From an uncultured bacterium (GTDB lineage: Bacteria > Margulisbacteria > WOR-1 > CAVSGV01), in the NCBI GenBank assembly GCA_963768305.1, contig CAVYHE010000007.1:64001-128000 (forward strand): a stretch of DNA of 64,000 nucleotides, in the 5' to 3' direction. Under the pieces are notes generated by a model that ran no database searches, was not told the DNA's origin, and saw nothing but the letters and a program-made list of their open reading frames with translations. Every line of letters starts with the position of its first letter. The first letter of the stretch is position 1. A program made the translations under genes and the position numbers. This document shows, in pieces, positions 57,687-64,000 of this stretch.

Positions 57687-58865
57687 ATGCTCTGGCTCTT
57701 AATATTGATAGTATTCCTCCTTGTCCTTCTCTGTATTTATTACATAAACGAGATAGAGGTTGAAAAGATAATAGAGAACGACGCGGCCAGAAAAGGCCTG
57801 AAAATAGGCATCGTCTCGGACTGGCACAACACCGGTGTTCCCGTTCAGTCAAAATTCCTATCAAAATGCCTCAGTAAAAAGCATGAGGTCTTCATCTTTG
57901 CTTACAATAAATATTTCAACGACGGAGCTGATTGGGGCTTCAAAAAACTGGTTTTTACCAAGCAGATAAAACCGTGGAAGGTGATCGATTGGATCAAAAA
58001 AGAAGGCCTGGGCGTCGTCTTCTTCCCAGATCGCCTGGAAGATCCGGAAGTCCTGGACTGGTGCAAAAATAGCGGCGTGGACACGATAATGGTGATCAAT
58101 TATGAGACCATCAAGAAGGAAGAATTCGATATTTACAAGAAATATACGATATTGATGTGCCCGGTAAAATGCACTTATGACCTGCTCAAAAAGCACGGAT
58201 TAAGGAATATTCGTTTCATCCGCTGGGCCGTGGATGATGAAGTATTTCTTCCGGCAAAAGCCCTGTTCAAGTCCCTTGTCAGATTCATTCACAACGCCGG
58301 ATACGGCGGGGCGGATTGGAGAAAGAATTCTCTCGCGGTGGTAGAAGCGTTCAATGCGGCCTGCAAGAAGGATAGGAACATCGTTCTGATCTTCAAATCG
58401 CAGCGTCCGATCAATGAGTATCCGCAAAAGATGATCGATCTTGTAAATGATAACGGCATGATAAGGGTCGTCGATAAAGATCTGCCCGCAAAAGAATTGA
58501 TCGAACTTTACCGCTCCTGTCATGTTTCAATTTTGCCGAGCAAGTGGGAGGGAATAGGGATCCCATTTATCGAATCCCTTTGTCTGGGACTGCCGGTGAT
58601 CACCGTTAATGCCCCGCCGATGAACGAATGGGTAAAAGACGGACATAACGGCCTTCTGGCCCGCGTGGAAAAATGGGAGGTCCGCAGGGACAGGCAGCTT
58701 CCGGTGAAGGGGGCGCTTGTGGACGTTAACGATCTGGCGCAAAAGATATTAAAGCTTTCGAACATTAAAACGATCCAAAGGATGGGAATGAGCGCCGCCA
58801 GGTCCTCAAAAGGAATGAAAAAACGCTTCATTAAAGAAGTTGAGGGGCTGATAGCGTCATTATGA
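57687..58865 (+). CDS. Glycosyltransferase family 4 with N-terminal TM anchor
   Basis: PSKWEGIGIPFIESLCLGLPVI; start at MLWLLIL after an extended -10. Confidence 0.85.
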   Translation: MLWLLILIVFLLVLLCIYYINEIEVEKIIENDAARKGLKIGIVSDWHNTGVPVQSKFLSKCLSKKHEVFIFAYNKYFNDGADWGFKKLVFTKQIKPWKVIDWIKKEGLGVVFFPDRLEDPEVLDWCKNSGVDTIMVINYETIKKEEFDIYKKYTILMCPVKCTYDLLKKHGLRNIRFIRWAVDDEVFLPAKALFKSLVRFIHNAGYGGADWRKNSLAVVEAFNAACKKDRNIVLIFKSQRPINEYPQKMIDLVNDNGMIRVVDKDLPAKELIELYRSCHVSILPSKWEGIGIPFIESLCLGLPVITVNAPPMNEWVKDGHNGLLARVEKWEVRRDRQLPVKGALVDVNDLAQKILKLSNIKTIQRMGMSAARSSKGMKKRFIKEVEGLIASL

Positions 58866-60076
58866 AAAAAGCCGCGATAATCGCGCCGAATTCGCTTCCT
58901 GTTCCTCCTGTAAGAGGAGGCGGTATCCAGGCGGTCATCGCCGAAACAACTCCTCTTTTCAGGAAATTTAAACCGTATGTCTTCTCGAACTGCGAATACG
59001 GGATCGATAAGCTCCCTCTTAAGGAAACCATCGGCAATGTGGAGCACAGGCGTATTTGCCTGTCGGGATGGGATGAATTCAAGATCAATCTCATGCGGCT
59101 GTCCACGCTTAATTACCTCCCTTACGTTCTGAAAATAATAGAGCAGATAAAAGAGCTGCAGCCGGACGTAATAGAGGTCATGAACAGGCCGTGGTTCCTT
59201 CCGATCCTGCGAAAGCATCTCGGGCCGGACGTAAAGATAATCCTCCATCATTTTAATAATTATCTGATGGAGATGTCGGCAAAAAAGGCGAAAATGTACC
59301 TTGACCTTGTGGATGGGTTCATAGGATGCAGCGATTTCACTGTGGGCGTAGAAGTGCTTAAAAGGTTCCCTGAACTTGCGGAAAAAGTTTACACGGTCAG
59401 CAACGGCATGGACCCGTCCGTGTTCGATCCGGGAGCGTTGGACAGGCATGCAATGGAAAAACTGCGGGAAAAATACGGGATCAAAAGCGATGACATCATC
59501 ATTTTATATGTGGGCAGGCTTTCAAAGCTCAAGGGCGCGGGCATTCTCCTTGAAGCCGTGAAAGTTCTCGTGTCCAACCTAAGGATGAGATCGGTGAAGC
59601 TTATGATAGTAGGTTCCAGCTTCTTCGGCGGCAAAACAAAGATCACGCCGTTCATTAAAGAGCTTCAAAAGGAGTCTCGGGACGTGAAGGATAATATAAT
59701 CTTCACCGGATTCATAGGCCGTTCTGAGATGCCCAACATTTATGGGCTCGCGAACATTGCCGCGGTCCCGTCAATCGTGATGGACGCATCCCCTTCCGTG
59801 TGCTACGAAGCTTCATCCATGTCATTGCCGATAGTAGGGACAAAGAGAGGCGGCATCCCCGAAATAGTGCAGGACGGAAGGACCGGGCTGCTTGTGAACG
59901 ATCCCGAAGATATCGATGATCTGGCCGAAAAACTGCTTTATTTCGTCAAAAACCCCGAAGATGCCAGGGACTTCGGGCGGCGCGGCAGGCTCTTGATGCA
60001 AAAGCAATATACTTGGGAGATAGTAGCTGGTAAAATAGAGGAAGTTTACAGGAAAGTTCTGGAAGGAAGGAAATAA
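58862..60076 (+). CDS. Glycosyltransferase family 4
   Basis: PVPPVRGGGI, YVGRLSKLKG, GGIPEIV. Confidence 0.9.
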   Translation: MKKAAIIAPNSLPVPPVRGGGIQAVIAETTPLFRKFKPYVFSNCEYGIDKLPLKETIGNVEHRRICLSGWDEFKINLMRLSTLNYLPYVLKIIEQIKELQPDVIEVMNRPWFLPILRKHLGPDVKIILHHFNNYLMEMSAKKAKMYLDLVDGFIGCSDFTVGVEVLKRFPELAEKVYTVSNGMDPSVFDPGALDRHAMEKLREKYGIKSDDIIILYVGRLSKLKGAGILLEAVKVLVSNLRMRSVKLMIVGSSFFGGKTKITPFIKELQKESRDVKDNIIFTGFIGRSEMPNIYGLANIAAVPSIVMDASPSVCYEASSMSLPIVGTKRGGIPEIVQDGRTGLLVNDPEDIDDLAEKLLYFVKNPEDARDFGRRGRLLMQKQYTWEIVAGKIEEVYRKVLEGRK

Positions 60077-60972
60077 TGGCGAATTATCTGGTCACCGGCG
60101 GCTCGGGGTTCATAGGATCGCACCTGTGCAGGAAGCTGGAATCTTTTGGGAACAACGTGGTTTCGCTGGACAACATGATGCATCCATGTGAAAACCCTTT
60201 CGGGTCCAAGTTCGCCGATGTCCGCTACGCCCAGGACATAGCGCAGTACTTCAAGGGATGCGACGCTTGCTTCCATCTTGCAGCGCAGATATCGGTCGAC
60301 AAATCCATCCATAACCCTCAGGAAACGGTCGATATCAATATCAACGGAACGCTTAATATCCTTGAACTTTGCAAGAAACACGATGTTAAGCTAGTTTTTG
60401 CTTCAACATCGGAGGTTTACGGGACCGCCCAAAAAGAAAAAATGGATGAAGATCATCCTCTTGACGCGCAGAGCCCGTACGGCGCGTCAAAACTGGCCGC
60501 CGACCGCCTTTGCAAATCGTATATCGATACTTACGGAATGAGCATTGTGATACTAAGGAACTTCAATACGTTCGGCCCATACCAGAACGATGACAGCTAC
60601 GGCGGCGTTATCGCCAGGTTCACAAAAGCCGCGCTGGCAGGAGATGACATCAGGATCTTCGGGAGCGGCGAACAGGAACGTGATTATATGTGGGTGGATG
60701 ACGCCGTGAACGCGTATATCAAACTTGTAAGCAAAAAAGGCGTCTACAACGCCGGCAGCGGAACAACGATAAAAATCAACAGGATAGCCGATCTGATAAA
60801 AGAGATCACGAAAAGCAAGAGCAAGATAGTTCATGTTGCGCCCCGCCCAGGAGAGGTCCAGCGGCTCTGCTGCGACGCGAGCAAGATAAAGGCCCTGGGC
60901 TGGAAGCCGAAGCTCTCCATTGAAGAGGGGATAAAACAGTATGTCGCCTTCTATAAGAATTCCTTTTTATAA
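60076..60972 (+). CDS. NAD-dependent nucleotide-sugar epimerase/dehydratase
   Basis: TGGSGFIG, STSEVYG, YGASK. Confidence 0.93.
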   Translation: MANYLVTGGSGFIGSHLCRKLESFGNNVVSLDNMMHPCENPFGSKFADVRYAQDIAQYFKGCDACFHLAAQISVDKSIHNPQETVDININGTLNILELCKKHDVKLVFASTSEVYGTAQKEKMDEDHPLDAQSPYGASKLAADRLCKSYIDTYGMSIVILRNFNTFGPYQNDDSYGGVIARFTKAALAGDDIRIFGSGEQERDYMWVDDAVNAYIKLVSKKGVYNAGSGTTIKINRIADLIKEITKSKSKIVHVAPRPGEVQRLCCDASKIKALGWKPKLSIEEGIKQYVAFYKNSFL

Positions 60973-61942
60973 ACGCACCTGGACCGACGCCGAAATAGAC
61001 GCCGTAACCTCATGCATAAGATCCGGACACCTTACTCAGGGAGTTCGGGTGGAAGAATTTGAGGACATATTCAGTGATTTTGTCGGCGCCAAGTATTCGG
61101 TAGCGGTAAATTCCTGCACATCCGCCTTATTTCTATGCCTTAAACTTTTAAGCCCTAAAAAAGTAAGCATCCCTTCGATGACCTTTGCTTCCGTGGCAAG
61201 CTCGATAATTCATGCCGGCGGAAAAATAAACTGGCTTGATGAATCCTGGTCCGGCTCCCGATATCCGTTAATAACCCATAACTCTAAACTTGGAACTATA
61301 TATGATTCCGCACATGCCCTCCACAGAGGCGACTATACAAAAAAGCCGGATAATCTGGTATGTTACTCGTTCTATCCCACGAAAAATCTTTCAGGCGCGG
61401 AGGGCGGGATGATAGCAACGAACAATAAAAAATACGCTGAATGGCTCAGGAAGGCCCGCTGGCATGCGCGCGTCGGCAAAACCTGGGATTATATAATCGA
61501 GTTCCCGGGATGGAAAATGAACATGACGGACCTCCAGGCCGCTATCGGGATCGAATATCTTAAACGAATCGATAATGAAGCGGCTGATCGTAAAAAATTG
61601 CTCGATGTCTACAATCGGCTCCTCGGCACATCAATAAAATCCGATCATATTTTCCAGACGATCGTCGCGAACAGGCCGGGTTTCGTGAAATTCATGGAGG
61701 ATAACGGTATTGAATGCAGCATGCACTTTAAACCGATCCACAAGCAGCCGGCATTCAAGAGCAGTTACAGAAAACTCCCGAAAACAGAGCATTTCGAGAA
61801 ACTCGCCGTATCTCTTCCGCTCTTTCCGTCGATGAAAATATCGGAGGTCGAAGAGGTTTGCGCTCTCATGAACAAGTGGAATAAAGATAACCCCCTGCCC
61901 CGCCAGGAATACATCGATTTTAAGCGGTTTTTGAAGGCATAA
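60941..61942 (+). CDS. DegT/DnrJ/EryC1/StrS sugar aminotransferase
   Basis: NSCTSAL, DSAHA, SFYPTKNL. Confidence 0.92.
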   Translation: MSPSIRIPFYKRTWTDAEIDAVTSCIRSGHLTQGVRVEEFEDIFSDFVGAKYSVAVNSCTSALFLCLKLLSPKKVSIPSMTFASVASSIIHAGGKINWLDESWSGSRYPLITHNSKLGTIYDSAHALHRGDYTKKPDNLVCYSFYPTKNLSGAEGGMIATNNKKYAEWLRKARWHARVGKTWDYIIEFPGWKMNMTDLQAAIGIEYLKRIDNEAADRKKLLDVYNRLLGTSIKSDHIFQTIVANRPGFVKFMEDNGIECSMHFKPIHKQPAFKSSYRKLPKTEHFEKLAVSLPLFPSMKISEVEEVCALMNKWNKDNPLPRQEYIDFKRFLKA

Positions 61943-61943
61943 T

Positions 61944-63035
61944 ATGGGCATATTCAACTGCATCCCCGCGATGATGTACCATCATGTCAGCGATGAGCCG
62001 GAGAATTCGATATCGATCACTCCGCGGAATTTCGAAACACATATCAAATATCTGGCTGATTCAGGATATAAGTCGCTTCATTTGCCTGAGTTCTTCGATA
62101 TTCTCAAAGGATGGGATATCCCTGAAAAACTCGTCCTGATCACATTCGATGACGGATATGCGGATAACTACATCAACGCTTACCCGATACTGAAGAAATA
62201 TAATATGAAGGCGACGATATTTCCTGTTACCGCATTCGTAAATGACCGCATTGATCAACGAGGGAAGCTTCTTCCATCTTTCGAACTTTTAATGAGAACG
62301 CCGTTCGCGAACGGCCCTCTTGATGATTTCTTAACCTGGGATGAAATGAAAGAGATGGTGTCGAGCGGATTGATAGATATTCAGGCGCACAGTCATGAAC
62401 ACGCCGCATATTTTGAGAGTGAAAATATCAGATCATTTTATGACGGGGGGATGGACACGAAACTAGCCTGGGCGACGAACGGTGACTTGAGGCTTGGGAT
62501 ACCTGTGTACGAGACAGGGCCGTCCCTTTGCGTAAGAAGATATTTTGACGATAAGGTATTAAGGAACGAATTGGCCGAATATGTCATATGTCACGGCGGC
62601 GGGGACTTTATTTTCACTAATAAGGACAATATCAAAGCCCTGAAAGATATCGTAAAAAAACACGGCAGATTAAAAGGAAAATTTGAAACTGAAGCTGAAT
62701 CGGAAAGCAGGATAATGAACGAGCTGGCATCGATCAAGGAATTGATCAGCAAGAAGTTGAATAAGAAAGTTGATTATATATGTTGGCCGTTTGGAAGTGT
62801 TGACGGTAAGTTGATCGGACGGGCAAAGCGGGCAGGTTATACAGGCGGTATCGGGATGAAGGGCGGAGCTAATATGAAATTAACAAATGTGATGGATATC
62901 CATCGGTTCAATCCCTGCCGGAAAGACATTCCCTTGTTAAAAATGAAATTGTATAAACATTCGAATCTCTGGTTATCATTATATAATGACAAGCGCATCG
63001 ACAAATTACTGATCAGAAGAGAGAAGTTTTTGTGA
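61944..63035 (+). CDS. Polysaccharide deacetylase family protein
   Basis: MYHHV, TFDDGY, HSHEH, CWPFG. Confidence 0.9.
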   Translation: MGIFNCIPAMMYHHVSDEPENSISITPRNFETHIKYLADSGYKSLHLPEFFDILKGWDIPEKLVLITFDDGYADNYINAYPILKKYNMKATIFPVTAFVNDRIDQRGKLLPSFELLMRTPFANGPLDDFLTWDEMKEMVSSGLIDIQAHSHEHAAYFESENIRSFYDGGMDTKLAWATNGDLRLGIPVYETGPSLCVRRYFDDKVLRNELAEYVICHGGGDFIFTNKDNIKALKDIVKKHGRLKGKFETEAESESRIMNELASIKELISKKLNKKVDYICWPFGSVDGKLIGRAKRAGYTGGIGMKGGANMKLTNVMDIHRFNPCRKDIPLLKMKLYKHSNLWLSLYNDKRIDKLLIRREKFL

Positions 63036-64000
63036 ACGCTTTGACCTTGTTGATCATTGCGTTGTGTGTTTTTGTATTGGCATACAGGTATTATTCGGCG
63101 TTCCTGTCAGCGAAGGTTTTGACTCTGGATACTTCAAGAAAGACGCCCGCCCATACATTAAATGACCATCACGATTACCACCCGACGAACAAATGGGTCC
63201 TGTTCGGCCATCATTTTGCGGCGATAGCCGGAGCCGGGCCGCTTATCGGTCCTGTCCTTGCCGCGCAATTCGGATTCCTGCCCGGTGCGATCTGGATAAT
63301 CATCGGCGCGGTTCTCGGTGGGGCCGTGCATGATTATGTCATTCTTTTCGCGTCGGTCAGACACAATGGGCTGTCACTTCACAAGATAGCGCGCGATTAC
63401 ATAGGAAGGACGACTGGGATAGCGACGGCCATAGCCGTGCTCTTTATAATCGTAACGGCGCTTGCCGGTTTATCGATAGTTGTCGTTAATGCGCTGGCTG
63501 AAAGCCCGTGGGGCACATTCGCGATAGCCGCTTCGATACCGGCTGCGATGATCGTCGGTTTTTACATGAACGTATTCCGTAAGAACGCGATCATCGAAGC
63601 GTCCGTCATCGGGACAACGCTTTTGCTTCTCGCAGTTGTTTTCGGGTTCAATGTCCAGCATTCCGCGTTCGCGTTCCTTTTCACATTTACAAGACATCAG
63701 CTTGTCATTCTTCTGGTGCTATACGGGTTCTTTGCTTCGGTCCTTCCTGTCTGGCTTCTTCTTGCCCCGCGCGATTATATAAGCTCGTATCTGAAGATCG
63801 GCGCGATCGGGCTTCTGGGCATCGGAATATTTCTCGTACATCCAATGCTCAAGATGCCGGCGGTAACACCGTTCATCCACGGCGGCGGCCCCATAATCCC
63901 CGGAAAAGTGTGGCCTTTCGTATGCATCACGATCGCCTGCGGCGCGATATCGGGTTTTCACGCGCTGATATCGTCCGGCACGACGCCGAAGATGGTATCC
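63032..64000 (+). CDS. cstA: Carbon starvation protein CstA (3'-partial; absent from the ORF track)
   Basis: GTG start; [46 protein letters not shown]. Confidence 0.93.
   Translation, partial: MNALTLLIIALCVFVLAYRYYSAFLSAKVLTLDTSRKTPAHTLNDHHDYHPTNKWVLFGHHFAAIAGAGPLIGPVLAAQFGFLPGAIWIIIGAVLGGAVHDYVILFASVRHNGLSLHKIARDYIGRTTGIATAIAVLFIIVTALAGLSIVVVNALAESPWGTFAIAASIPAAMIVGFYMNVFRKNAIIEASVIGTTLLLLAVVFGFNVQHSAFAFLFTFTRHQLVILLVLYGFFASVLPVWLLLAPRDYISSYLKIGAIGLLGIGIFLVHPMLKMPAVTPFIHGGGPIIPGKVWPFVCITIACGAISGFHALISSGTTPKMVS

Noticed and set aside
1..64000. tRNA, rRNA, CRISPR arrays, selenocysteine recoding
   Set aside because: None recognised by eye; the hydrogenase motifs use Cys codons. A covariance-model scan would be needed to exclude small ncRNAs.

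Overview
Bacterial chromosomal window of about 60 genes; I recognised no rRNA, tRNA, CRISPR array or transposase. The gene content suggests a diderm anaerobe, and the lineage cannot be fixed from sequence alone. Contents: the end of a type IV pilus/T2SS operon (pilN, pilO, secretin), an Opp-type ABC transporter, a pilin and pilC, tatD, metG, ccdA plus redoxin, a CLC channel, pepA, lemA, ndk, argF-argG-argH, a 13 kb hydrogenase locus, a type IIG R-M enzyme with a HEPN-like partner, uvrD/pcrA, slt, ruvB, pabB, hisB, a larA-like gene, a glycosylation cluster and a partial cstA. The best candidate for an undescribed system is 29121-42119. Here a group 4 [NiFe]-hydrogenase operon (both Ni-binding CxxC motifs intact) is accompanied by homologues of [FeFe]-hydrogenase maturases rather than hypD/E/F: a HypC-HydE-like radical SAM fusion, and a hypA-hydG pair with overlapping stop/start codons followed by a glycine/sarcosine-oxidase-like flavoprotein. 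This suggests a hybrid route for making and delivering the Fe(CO)(CN) unit, which is inference. Second signal: a conserved sigma28-like promoter motif (AAAAAGTGAAATTT-N12-RWCGATAA) precedes four unrelated minus-strand orphan or divergent genes. Also seen: apparently widespread leaderless genes, REP-like palindromes, gene relics, and many single-base frameshifts that are probably assembly errors.
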